DNA from: Lentisphaerota bacterium | GTDB lineage: Bacteria; Verrucomicrobiota; Kiritimatiellia; UBA8416; JABMPJ01 | Direction: 5' to 3' | DNA: 64,000 nucleotides | Assembly (NCBI GenBank): GCA_013203785.1 | Contig: JABMPJ010000110.1 | Coordinates: 3,344-67,343 of the forward strand | Shown here: piece after piece, positions 18,772 through 28,150 of the stretch | How positions within the stretch are numbered: position 1 is the first letter of the stretch | Layout of the letters: every line of letters starts with the position of its first letter | Notes under the pieces: generated by a model | Told to the model about the DNA's origin: nothing | The model's input: only the letters and a program-made list of their open reading frames with translations | Databases searched by the model: none | Translations under genes and position numbers: made by a program

Positions 18772-19641
18772 TTAATTGCCACCCAAACTGACGATATCGT
18801 CCTGGTGAGAGGCGTCATCGCTGTCTGGCCGAGGGTTGTGCTCCCACCGGCCCGTAGGATCTTCCCCTCGGCAGATGATGGCATGGACACTTTCTTTCCA
18901 GTGCTCGTCAACGATGCGCACCTCGGGTGGACAGAAGCGGAGGGTCAAGCCACAGCGGCGTCGGTCGGATGCGTTTGGCTCAGATCCGTGGGCCAGCATA
19001 TCGGCATGCAGCGAGATCTGGCCCGCCTTGAGGATATCGGAGACGGGCTCACCCAGAGAGGCGACATCCACGATCTCCTGGTCCAGAACAGCGGGACCCT
19101 CCGCAGCCCGCCAACGGAGTGGCCCCATGTCATGGGTACGGGGAATGAACCGCATCGCGGCGTTCTCCTCGTCGGCATCATCGATGGCGAGCCACACCGT
19201 AACCGTGCGGGCTGGCGACAACTTCCAGTAGCTCGCATCCTGGTGCCACGGCACGCGCTTCTCATCATGGGGCATCTTGCAGAAGTAGTGTGTCGCCCAG
19301 CAGATGATATTGGGTCCCACGATGTCCTCCACCACGTCCAGTATCCGCTCCGCCATGCAGAGATCATAGATCCCCGCGCAGCGCGTCTGGTAACAGTTGA
19401 GCGCATAGGCATTGCGCCCTTCAGACTGGGCCAGCAGGCCATTGAAGTAGGCTCGATTCTGCTCGGCCTCGCGTGGCGAAAAGAGGTTAAGCGGAAAAAG
19501 ATATCCCTCGCGATTGTAGAAATCCACCTGCGAGGGCGTGAGGGTACGGGGGGCCTCATTGTTGACAGGCTTGAACGAGAGGTCAGTGTTGTGTTTTGTC
19601 ACGGAACAATCTCCACTTAGACGAATGCTCTGCTTGGCCAT
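18772..19641 (-). CDS. Phytanoyl-CoA dioxygenase (PhyH) family Fe(II)/2OG oxygenase
   Basis: WHQD (HxD), TVWLAIDDADEENAAMRFIPRTH, HGSEPN..DRRR. GTG 19602 after GGAG is the likely true start. Confidence 0.9.
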   Translation of the reverse strand: MAKQSIRLSGDCSVTKHNTDLSFKPVNNEAPRTLTPSQVDFYNREGYLFPLNLFSPREAEQNRAYFNGLLAQSEGRNAYALNCYQTRCAGIYDLCMAERILDVVEDIVGPNIICWATHYFCKMPHDEKRVPWHQDASYWKLSPARTVTVWLAIDDADEENAAMRFIPRTHDMGPLRWRAAEGPAVLDQEIVDVASLGEPVSDILKAGQISLHADMLAHGSEPNASDRRRCGLTLRFCPPEVRIVDEHWKESVHAIICRGEDPTGRWEHNPRPDSDDASHQDDIVSLGGN

Positions 19642-19714
19642 TCGAGAGAACGATACTTGCCTCGTATTGATACTTCTTGCAGTTCTTTGACAATTTATTG
19701 TTCTATATTGATAT

Positions 19715-20560
19715 ATGAAGCGAATGCACTTTCATCTGGATGACTTTATAGGAAAGGGGGAGTGCTTCCACTTCGGTCGATCCCGTCTGGAACGCACCCG
19801 ACGTCCACTGAGCGTCCACGACCACAACTACGTTGAGTGTTTCTGGATCACGTCAGGCGCGGCGCTCCATTGGGTCAACGGTCACCGCCTACGCCTCACG
19901 GAAGGGAGTATGGTATTCATGAGGCCGGCCGATTCCCACGCACTCACCGGCACATCCGCCGAGCACTGCATCACCCCCAACATCGCGTTTCCTTCTGCAA
20001 CCGCCATGCACCTGAAAGAGCGCTATCCCGAGACCTGCGCCGACCGCTATTTCTGGTCGATCGATGCGATGCCCGCGGTGGTATCTCTGGACAGTCGCGC
20101 CCTTCAGCAGCTCGGAGAACTCGAAATAGAGATCGAGCGAGGCGATCGCTCACGCCTCTCGGTTGAGCGCTTCTTGCTTCAGCTCATCTGTCAGATCCTG
20201 CGCGAGCCGGACCATGTCCGTCCGGGCACGCCAGCGTGGTTAACCCAGGCCTGCCGAGCCACGGCCGACCCACAGATCTTCAGAGCGGGTGCCGCTGGCT
20301 TTGTTAAGGCGGCCGGCCGTGCTCACGAGCACGTCTGCCGTTCAGCCCAACAACATCTCGGCCTATCGCCATCCGCCTACGTGAATCAGCAGCGCATGAA
20401 CTGGGCGGCCCGACAGCTCGCAGGAACAGACCGGCAAATCATCGAGATTGCGGGCGACTGTGGCCTCGACAATCTCAGCCATTTCTACAGGCTCTTCCGC
20501 ACCCACCACCACACCACACCGCGCCGATACCGACTGCTGCACCAAGCGAACATCGTGTAG
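19715..20560 (+). CDS. AraC/RhaR-family transcriptional regulator, divergent from phyH
   Basis: N-terminal cupin (HDHNYVECFWI) and C-terminal double HTH (IIEIAGDCGLDNLSHFYRLFR...TPRRYR). Confidence 0.92.
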   Translation: MKRMHFHLDDFIGKGECFHFGRSRLERTRRPLSVHDHNYVECFWITSGAALHWVNGHRLRLTEGSMVFMRPADSHALTGTSAEHCITPNIAFPSATAMHLKERYPETCADRYFWSIDAMPAVVSLDSRALQQLGELEIEIERGDRSRLSVERFLLQLICQILREPDHVRPGTPAWLTQACRATADPQIFRAGAAGFVKAAGRAHEHVCRSAQQHLGLSPSAYVNQQRMNWAARQLAGTDRQIIEIAGDCGLDNLSHFYRLFRTHHHTTPRRYRLLHQANIV

Positions 20561-20591
20561 GAACGTCATAGGGAGCGCTCCTCTTTCCGCA

Positions 20592-21200
20592 TCATGACTC
20601 ATGCTCGAGCTTGCCAAGGCGGTGCATGCTTTCCAGGTCATCCGTGTCCTGTGGTCGGTATTTCGCGATTGTCGTCCTGACCGCAGCAACCGATGCCTCG
20701 TCGGCACAGCCCAGCATGCGGCTGATGTCCGCCAGGTCCTGTAGTCTCCCCGACTCAAGCTTCATCAACACGAGGAAAGGCAGGCTGACGAAAGGATGGC
20801 TATCGGCGTCTCGCACCGCTGTATTCAAGGCATCGCTCACCCACGTGCCGTCCAAGGCGATCACGTCCAGGATACGTCCTTTCGGTAAGCGCCATGAGCT
20901 GCGGCCAATCGTCAGCGGCCCTGCTCGCTCACACCCCGCAGCCTCCAGTCGGGCTTCGACCCGCTTCAGATCCTCGCCCAAGATGAGGAGGTCCGTATCG
21001 AGGGTCATACGCTGAGGCATATAGAGTGCCGTTGCTAAACCGCCCACGATGGCATATTTGATGCCCTCTAGATTGGGAAGTTCCTCACCGCAACCGTACG
21101 AGGCATGCGCTTCACGGACCAAGGCGTCTAGACGGCCCGAACCTGGCGCCGCTCGCCGCCGCGCCATCTCCAAAAGCCGTGTTCGATCCTCTCTTTTCAT
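20592..21200 (-). CDS. Minimal nucleotidyltransferase (AbiEii/DUF6036-like superfamily)
   Basis: IVGGLATALY..QRMTLDTD (GG..DxD) and LMKLESGRLQDLADI. Confidence 0.7.
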   Translation of the reverse strand: MKREDRTRLLEMARRRAAPGSGRLDALVREAHASYGCGEELPNLEGIKYAIVGGLATALYMPQRMTLDTDLLILGEDLKRVEARLEAAGCERAGPLTIGRSSWRLPKGRILDVIALDGTWVSDALNTAVRDADSHPFVSLPFLVLMKLESGRLQDLADISRMLGCADEASVAAVRTTIAKYRPQDTDDLESMHRLGKLEHES

Positions 21201-21296
21201 AATAGGAAATAGACCCAGAACCGCTGGCTGGGTCGAGCCCTACCGGAGGAGCCAGGGCCGTTTGTCACGGCTGAGACATGACTCATGGGGCGAGCC

Positions 21297-21594
21297 TCAG
21301 ATTCTCTCTTGCCATCTCTTCGGATTGCGCTTCGCATGAAAGACGGAAAGAACGACGACACGCTCGTCGTCCTCAACATAAGAAGATTTCGTAAGGAAAG
21401 CGGCGCGTCAGTGCGCGACGAACAGTGCGATGCACCCGAGGAAACTGGTGTGGAGACCTCAGAATCGAGTTCAGAATCGCCTCCACGCAGAGCAGGAATT
21501 CGGCCCCCAAGCCGGGAACGCAGTCCTCGTACCAATCGAATGCGTCCGTCAATTCCACTTCTGCTTCAGGACGGACGATGAGGCGTAGCCTCAT
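21297..21594 (-). pseudogene. ParE/RelE-family toxin interrupted by a 1-nt insertion
   Basis: Frame 1 ends ...RRFPYEIF-LC* at 21373. Removing one T at ATC TTC T TAT restores YVEDDERVVVLSVFHAKRNPKRWQERI* (stop 21299-21297), a typical ParE C-terminus, giving 98 aa. Confidence 0.85.
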
Positions 21595-21812
21595 CTCCTG
21601 CTCCGGATCCGTTCCCGCACCATTCCCCAGGGCGCTCCCTCGTTCGGGTCTTGGTGGTACGCATTCAGACGCTTGTCCAACTCCGCCCGGTCTTCCTCGG
21701 TCAGAGGAACTTCATCAGGCAGTTCGGCAATGCTGTCCCAGATATCCTCGACCATCTGGATGCGCTCGGGAACGCTCAGGCTTATCACATCTGCTATAGC
21801 GAGTGTACTCAT
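21591..21812 (-). CDS. Putative addiction-module antitoxin (TIGR02574-like)
   Basis: LSVPERIQMVEDIWDSI...ELDKRLNAY...W; its stop overlaps the toxin start by 4 nt. Confidence 0.85.
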   Translation of the reverse strand: MSTLAIADVISLSVPERIQMVEDIWDSIAELPDEVPLTEEDRAELDKRLNAYHQDPNEGAPWGMVRERIRSRR

Positions 21813-21846
21813 GATGAGGGTACCCTAACATGGGGCCGGTCAGCCT

Positions 21847-21939
21847 TCAATCTTTTGCTTCTTCAAGGATCAGGTTTATTGCGCCCGACAAGCTGTTGAG
21901 TGGTTCGGATTTGCTCTTCCCTTGGCCGTTGGCACCGGG
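21847..21939 (-). pseudogene. 5'-truncated HicB-like antitoxin remnant
   Basis: Manual translation PGANGQGKSKSEPLNSLSGAINLILEEAKD* resembles the HicB core (PG..gQG.T.eEAl.nl.eAI.L.LE); there is an upstream in-frame stop and no start codon. Confidence 0.55.
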
Positions 21940-22079
21940 TCGAGCGAGGGTCGCACCTGGATTTTGGATTTGGGCGGTTCAGTAGTGACCAATGACCCCA
22001 TGAAGACAACCCCTCCGCCATTCAAACCACCTTCGACTGGCACCCAGGAGTGGGTAGCCAGCCGCGTCGGTTTGCCTCT

Positions 22080-23957
22080 CTAGTCTTTGGGGCGCATGCT
22101 GGCCAGGGGGGAGAGGTATCCGAAGTGGGCCAGGCGCTTGGAGATGATCTTCATGTCGCCTTTCAGCACGGCCACCCGCAGGCCTTCCACTTTGAGACTG
22201 TGTTTGCGCAGGATGGGGTCGGATGAAAACAGGTGACGGATTTCCTCGTCGCTATCGATTCTGAGCACCACGCGATCCGGCTCGAGCTCCAAGGGCGCTA
22301 TTCGACTCAGAGAGCTCTCGAAGAAGCGTTCCCAAAGCGGGGGTGGCGTGTCAGAAATGACGCGACGGAAGAGGGTGATGCGGGCTTCAAGCTCCTGGCG
22401 CGAAGCGCAGCCGCCAAGAAGTGATTTGTGCGTCATGTGGTAGTGGCCGGGCGTGAGGGCCGCCATGAACTGCTTGAGCGCCAGCTCGGTCAGGGGATCG
22501 ATATCGTGACAGGTGGCGAGCAGTCGGGCGTGATCAAGCACCACGACGGCGTGGCGTGGTTCATCACTCTCAATATTGTAGGTCTTGCGCTGGCCGAACA
22601 CGTACTCCCCCAGCGGGGTCAGCCGTATCCCCCGCAGTCCGTCGAACGGGCTGAGAAAGGGCTTCTGGGGGCGACAGTAGTCGTCGTTGTGCGGGACGTC
22701 GTAGGCGATTTCGGCCATACCCAGAGCGGCGAGGAAGAATCCGAACCCCTTCAGCAGTGGCTTTACCGCCAGTGCAAACTCGTTGCGGTGGGTGATAAAG
22801 ACGCGATCTGGCCAGTCGTCTTCGGTCCGGCTCACACGCACATCGAAGCCTATGGGGGAGTCGAGAAACAGACTAGGTGCGGCGTCGCGCAACTGGTGGT
22901 AGCGTTCTATATTCCTGAACGAGACCCAGCGGTTACCGGGCAATTCGGCAAAGCAGGCCGCCACTCTCTTCACGCCGTCCTTGTCATAATCGATCCAAGA
23001 TCGCCGCGCGCCCAGCAGGTAGTCTTGCAGTTCCTCTGCAAAGAAGGCAGGGAGAGCCATCAGGACCTTGAATAGCGATTTCACGGGAGCAGCCTCAATG
23101 GAGGCCAGGAGCAACTCACGCGCTTTAGCCCCTGCAAACGCCATGGCGCCCACGAGCAGTCGCGTGCGCAGCAACTCCAGGTCCTTGTCGGGCGCTTTCT
23201 CGAAGAACTCCGTGCCGGGGGTCATGTCCCGTATGTGCCGCATGCAGGGCCGGGATATCTTTTCGGACTTGGTGTATTTGAGATGCCCCTGCTGGATGTA
23301 TTCGGCGACCAACTTCATATCGCTGACGGCCCGCTGTGCGCAAGTGTAGCGCATGGCACCGTCGACCATGTCATCCAGCGGCAGCAGCTCGAAATCATCC
23401 GGGGGGGGGGTAGCGGGTTTTAAGACACGACGAAGTGCAGGCGGCAAGCAGACCTGGAAGTTCGATTTCTCCGGCGTGCTATCGCGGGCGTAGCGATAAC
23501 CCCAACTGCGGTCCCCGTCTCTTGTCAAGCAGACGAATCCCTGCTCCTGCCGCAGGACAAAGGGATCGTAATACCACTCCCGCTTATCGGGGTTCACGTC
23601 GGCTAGCTTGATCCCGAGCGCCTCTTCCGCATCGGGCAGCGGCATCTCGTTCTGCCATACCAATAGGCTGAGTGCGGCCTGGGTCTTATCGGGAAGCGAC
23701 TCATAGAAGAGTCGGCACATCTCTCGATTCTCAAGCACCTCAAGAAGGAGGATGGCCAGATACCCCTTCTTCGGAATTTTGGCTTTGCCATGGAGTTGTG
23801 CATCCTCTACCTGGCGCAGTGTGTCGGGGTGGGCTTGCACCAGGCGCTCAAGACTCACTGCCCAGATCCATTTTAGAAACGTGGCGGGATACAGATTGAA
23901 CAAGACCGCTTCGAGTGGCCCGTCCATGTTTTCCTGTTGGGTGAAGTGGGTCGGCAT
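22080..23957 (-). CDS. Hypothetical protein with a C-terminal XPB/Ssl2 helicase-associated (Helicase_C_3 / p52-like) domain
   Basis: C-terminal pattern YHMTHKSLLGG...ITLFRRVISDTPPPLWERFF...VVLRIDSDEEIRHLFSSDPIL...LAHFGYL; 8 nt downstream of the Snf2 gene. Confidence 0.5.
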   Translation of the reverse strand: MPTHFTQQENMDGPLEAVLFNLYPATFLKWIWAVSLERLVQAHPDTLRQVEDAQLHGKAKIPKKGYLAILLLEVLENREMCRLFYESLPDKTQAALSLLVWQNEMPLPDAEEALGIKLADVNPDKREWYYDPFVLRQEQGFVCLTRDGDRSWGYRYARDSTPEKSNFQVCLPPALRRVLKPATPPPDDFELLPLDDMVDGAMRYTCAQRAVSDMKLVAEYIQQGHLKYTKSEKISRPCMRHIRDMTPGTEFFEKAPDKDLELLRTRLLVGAMAFAGAKARELLLASIEAAPVKSLFKVLMALPAFFAEELQDYLLGARRSWIDYDKDGVKRVAACFAELPGNRWVSFRNIERYHQLRDAAPSLFLDSPIGFDVRVSRTEDDWPDRVFITHRNEFALAVKPLLKGFGFFLAALGMAEIAYDVPHNDDYCRPQKPFLSPFDGLRGIRLTPLGEYVFGQRKTYNIESDEPRHAVVVLDHARLLATCHDIDPLTELALKQFMAALTPGHYHMTHKSLLGGCASRQELEARITLFRRVISDTPPPLWERFFESSLSRIAPLELEPDRVVLRIDSDEEIRHLFSSDPILRKHSLKVEGLRVAVLKGDMKIISKRLAHFGYLSPLASMRPKD

Positions 23958-23965
23958 GTGGTGTC

Positions 23966-26806
23966 CTAACCAAGCATATCATCAATGTCTTGTTCGGTGA
24001 GAGCCTTCAAGGCCACACCATCGCTTGAGATCACTGAATCGAAGAGCGCCTGCTTACGGGTCTGCAACTCCACAATCTTCTCTTCAATGGACTCCCTGGC
24101 AATCAATTTGTAAGTGAAAACAGATTTGTCCTGCCCAATGCGGTGGGTCCGGTCGATCGCCTGCACTTCTGCGGCCGAATTCCACCAGGGATCGAAGATG
24201 AAGACCATGTCGGCGGCGGTGAGGTTCAGCCCAACACCGCCGGTTTTGAGCGTCATGAGAAAGACCTTTGTGGCGTGTCGTATCTGGAATTGCTTCACCA
24301 GTGCTTCTCGGTTGCTGGTGGCACCCGTCATGACCAGGTGCTCGATCCCAGATTCCGCAAGATCGGAGGCCACCGCTTCAATGGTCGCCAGGAAATTCGT
24401 AAAGACCAAGGCCTTGTGCCCGTTGGAGACGGCATCCTTCAGCCGATCCATGAGGACCTCCCGCTTGGGCGAAATAATGGAGCCCTCGCTCTTGGCTTCC
24501 GGGATGGATGCTATCTGCCGAAGCTCCATGAGGGCTTCCAGAATAAAGAAGCGGCTTTTCTGCATTCCCTCGTCCGCAATACGCTGCTTAATGGTTTGGT
24601 AGTAGAACCGCCGGCGGGCGTCGTACATCGTCCGCTGCGTGTCGCTCATATCCACGTACAGAATCTGGTCGATCTTATCGGGCAGGTCTTTGAGCACATC
24701 ACGCTTCAGGCGACGCAGGATAAAGGGGTATATCTTCCTGCGAAGCTCACGGGCGGCATCGCGGTCATCATGCTGATGGATCGGCACGGCATAGTCGCGA
24801 TTGAACTCCGTCGCGGAACCGAACATGGCGGGGTTCAGAAATCGGAACAGAGAATAGAGCTCGCCCAAGTTGTTCTCGATCGGGGTCCCGCTCAAGGCCA
24901 GGCGGTGCTTGGCTTTGAGCATCAGCACAGCCTTCGTCGTCTGTGCGTCACTGTTCTTGATGGCCTGTGATTCATCGAGGATCACATAGAGAAACTGGCG
25001 CTTCATGAAGGCCTCGATGTTGTTACGCAGCATGCCGTATGTGGTCAACACCAGATGACGTTGCATGGCCGACTCCAGATCGCGCGCGGCGCCGTGGTAG
25101 ACCTGGTGCTGCAGGGCGGGGCAAAACGCAGTGATCTCTCGCTGCCAATTGAAGAGTAGGCTGCGCGGCATAACCAGCAAGGAGGGAGTCTTCTGGTTGG
25201 GATAGAGCCGTGCCAGCAGGGCAATCGTCTGAATGGTTTTCCCGAGACCCATGTCATCCGCCAGGCAGCCGCCCAGGTTGTGCTCATGCAGATAGAGAAG
25301 CCATTTCAGGCCGTCCAGCTGATAGGGTCGAAGCGTGCCCGTTATGGGTGGCATCTTTATCCGCTTCCGCGGAAGGTCGTTGAAGCCCTGAAAGACCGCA
25401 CGGGCTTTGGCGAAAGAGGCCTCCGTGGCGTTCTCGTCGATCAGATCTTCAATCAGGGGCAAATCAAAGAAGGAGACCTTGACGCCTTGCTCGTGTTTAT
25501 GAAAGAGGCGCTTCAATTTGGAGAGATAATCGGAGTTAAGTACGGCGTGCGTACCGTCACTCAGCGTCACATAGCGGTTCTTGCGGTGTTGCGCCAGGAC
25601 CTCTAGCAGAGAGAACCGTTCGCCTTCGATCTCCAGGTCGGCATCGCCCTCCAAGAAGTCGATGCCATAGCCCATCTTGAGCGTCAGCTTGGGAACAGCG
25701 GACCTCACTTTGTAGGTGCTCAGTGTTTCCGCGCCCAGGAGCGCATAGCGCTGGGCCAGATCCGCCAGCTCATGCGTCAGAAATCGCTCCGCCAGATCCT
25801 TTCCCAGCACAAAGCCGCTCTCGTCGGCGTAGAGCAGCGCGCCGCTCTTGTCATCCAGAGCTTTCTGATGAGCGGTGAGCCGTCGGGTCAGACGCTTGCG
25901 CTCCTCGGTCATGGAGCTATAGACCACGGTGCGCACCACGATGGTGGATTCGGCCTCATTGATCGCGGCAACGCGTGTTATATCGTACTCGCGAACAAAA
26001 TCTACAGGCAAGCGTGGCAGTGTATGCACCACGTCCAGATGAAGCGCACCAGATTCATCTACCTGCTCGAACATGAGGGCGACCGAGGCAGGGGTATCCT
26101 CGCCGGCGACGACCCGGTAGTCGCCGTACCGAACGGAGACCCCTGTGAAGTGCGAGAACAGCAGGGAGAGGGAGCGTTCCAGCATGGGTTCCGGCAGCTG
26201 ATCATTGAAAAGCGGCAACAGTCGGCAGTTCTCGCCCATGGGAGACGTTTCATAGATCTGGGAACCAAGCAACACATGCGTTTCGTTGATAATTTTGAAC
26301 CCATCGAGGTCGGCACGCTCCTCTCCTTCACGCACGAGGGTGAGCTGCCCCGTGATCCACACAGGAGCCCGGCGGGTGTCCGCAACAAGGTCCAGCATGA
26401 GCTCGGCGTGATCGGGCGCGAATGTGATTGCCCGCATATCAGCGTCCACCAGTGCATTGCAATTCCGCAGCAGCCACATCAGATGTCCGTGCGTATGGAG
26501 GTATATGTGCTCGAGATTCTCATCCCACCCGACAAAAGCCTCTTGGCGCTCGCGGGCCGCATTGACGGCCTTGAGAAGGTCGCGCATGGCCCCCCGACAG
26601 GCACGGTGGTCCATCTCGCTGGGGCGGCCCTTCTTGTCTACGATCTCAAGATAGGCTCCGCTTTCGTCAAAAAGCAGCTGTATAGCAGGCGCGCCTCCAC
26701 CAGCGTTCGTGGATGAAAGCGGACCATCCATGCGCCGAAGGGCACTAAATAGGGGAGAGCCCATGTGTGAGTCGTCCGATATGGCCATGCGAGGTTGTAC
26801 ACGCAA
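23966..26806 (-). CDS. Snf2/Swi2-family SF2 ATPase
   Basis: LADDMGLGKT, ILDESQAIKN, LSGTPIENN, LRRLKRDV, TGGVGLNLTAAD and DPWWN..QAIDRTHRIGQ. Confidence 0.95.
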   Translation of the reverse strand: MRVQPRMAISDDSHMGSPLFSALRRMDGPLSSTNAGGGAPAIQLLFDESGAYLEIVDKKGRPSEMDHRACRGAMRDLLKAVNAARERQEAFVGWDENLEHIYLHTHGHLMWLLRNCNALVDADMRAITFAPDHAELMLDLVADTRRAPVWITGQLTLVREGEERADLDGFKIINETHVLLGSQIYETSPMGENCRLLPLFNDQLPEPMLERSLSLLFSHFTGVSVRYGDYRVVAGEDTPASVALMFEQVDESGALHLDVVHTLPRLPVDFVREYDITRVAAINEAESTIVVRTVVYSSMTEERKRLTRRLTAHQKALDDKSGALLYADESGFVLGKDLAERFLTHELADLAQRYALLGAETLSTYKVRSAVPKLTLKMGYGIDFLEGDADLEIEGERFSLLEVLAQHRKNRYVTLSDGTHAVLNSDYLSKLKRLFHKHEQGVKVSFFDLPLIEDLIDENATEASFAKARAVFQGFNDLPRKRIKMPPITGTLRPYQLDGLKWLLYLHEHNLGGCLADDMGLGKTIQTIALLARLYPNQKTPSLLVMPRSLLFNWQREITAFCPALQHQVYHGAARDLESAMQRHLVLTTYGMLRNNIEAFMKRQFLYVILDESQAIKNSDAQTTKAVLMLKAKHRLALSGTPIENNLGELYSLFRFLNPAMFGSATEFNRDYAVPIHQHDDRDAARELRRKIYPFILRRLKRDVLKDLPDKIDQILYVDMSDTQRTMYDARRRFYYQTIKQRIADEGMQKSRFFILEALMELRQIASIPEAKSEGSIISPKREVLMDRLKDAVSNGHKALVFTNFLATIEAVASDLAESGIEHLVMTGATSNREALVKQFQIRHATKVFLMTLKTGGVGLNLTAADMVFIFDPWWNSAAEVQAIDRTHRIGQDKSVFTYKLIARESIEEKIVELQTRKQALFDSVISSDGVALKALTEQDIDDMLG

Positions 26807-26873
26807 ATGCCCGGTGACCTCAAGCCCGCACGTTCAGCTTGACGCACGTCGGGGCACGGGTAATCCTGATGTG

Positions 26874-28058
26874 ATGAATACGAAGGAGACAACAACACTC
26901 GACTCGGCGCAAGCCATCCTGACCCGTCTGGTCCAGTGTCCAAGTGTGAATCCGGCCGGTCGGGAGCCTATAGCCCCCCCCTACGGGGAAGGCCGCATGG
27001 CGGCGTTGCTTTCGGAACAGCTGAAAGACATGGGCGGTGAGGTTAGGACCGACGAAGTGCTACCGGGGCGACTCAACGTTTGGTCCCGATTTGCGGGCAG
27101 AGACCGCTCACGCACCATATTGCTCGATGCCCACAGTGACACGGTCAGCCATCTCCATATGAGTGTGGATCCCTTCGGTGCGGAGGTGCGCGAGGGGCGG
27201 CTCTTTGGGCGAGGCGCCTGCGACACGAAGGGGCCCATGGCCGCCATGCTGCTAGCCCTTGAGAGCGCCGTTCGGTCGGGACGGCTGGCGCATGATGTAA
27301 TATTTGCTGCGACGTGTGATGAGGAAAATGGCGGCCGCGGGGCCAGACACCTCGTGACAAGAGGGCTTCAAGCGGATTTCGCGATATCGGCAGAACCGAC
27401 CGAGCTCCAGCTGGTTTGGCGCCACAAGGGCATCCAGCGCGGACGCATCACCTTGCACGGCATGGCCGCCCACTCCTCGACCCCCGCACGCGGTCACAAT
27501 GCCATCTATCCTGCCGCGCGTCTGGTCGGTCAGCTTGAGGCCATGGCGGCCGCCCTCTCCGCAGGCAAGTCCGATGCTGAACTTGGCACGGCCACACTTG
27601 CGGTCACCACGATGCATGGAGGAACGGCGGCCAACATCATCCCCGACAGCTGTGTCTTGGATGTAGACCGGCGTGTGCTGCCCTCTGAAGACATCGATGC
27701 GATCAGGCTGGCGATCGAGGAACTGGTTCATCGCGCTTGCGCCGCCGACCCCTGGTGCACCCCGTCAATCGACTGGACCCAGCACTACCCCTCGCTGGGG
27801 AGTTCACCCACGGCCCCCGCGCTCCTGGCCCTCGAAACGGCACTGCGAACTGTAACCGGCACGGCGCAGCGCAGCGTAGCCGCCTATGGCACCAATGCTG
27901 GCTTCTATGCCCAGGCAGGCATCCCCTCCGTGGTCTTTGGTCCGGGCAGCATTGCGGACGCCCACACCGCTGCTGAATCAATCTCCCTCGCCGAGGTCGT
28001 CAGCGCTGCCAAGGTGATCGAGCAGTTCCTCTGCACACCCATCGTGGACACCCAATAA
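26874..28058 (+). CDS. M20/ArgE-DapE family deacylase (start ATG 26874)
   Basis: DAHSDTV, GRGACDTKG, DEE, AEPT and terminal AH..E motifs. Confidence 0.9.
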   Translation: MNTKETTTLDSAQAILTRLVQCPSVNPAGREPIAPPYGEGRMAALLSEQLKDMGGEVRTDEVLPGRLNVWSRFAGRDRSRTILLDAHSDTVSHLHMSVDPFGAEVREGRLFGRGACDTKGPMAAMLLALESAVRSGRLAHDVIFAATCDEENGGRGARHLVTRGLQADFAISAEPTELQLVWRHKGIQRGRITLHGMAAHSSTPARGHNAIYPAARLVGQLEAMAAALSAGKSDAELGTATLAVTTMHGGTAANIIPDSCVLDVDRRVLPSEDIDAIRLAIEELVHRACAADPWCTPSIDWTQHYPSLGSSPTAPALLALETALRTVTGTAQRSVAAYGTNAGFYAQAGIPSVVFGPGSIADAHTAAESISLAEVVSAAKVIEQFLCTPIVDTQ

Positions 28059-28150
28059 CACATCGCGCCGAAACGCATGGCTTTCTCGCCTTGCTTCAAG
28101 GCCTCGTTATCCTCTATCTTCGCGCAGGTTACGAATAGGAGGAGCGTGTC

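Noticed and set aside
21823-21901. Integron attC-like site before the antitoxin (ACTCAAC ... GTTAGGG on the minus strand)
   Set aside because: The right core is not GTTRRRY, the spacers are 5 versus 9 nt, central pairing is weak, the segment overlaps the HicB relic, and no integrase is present
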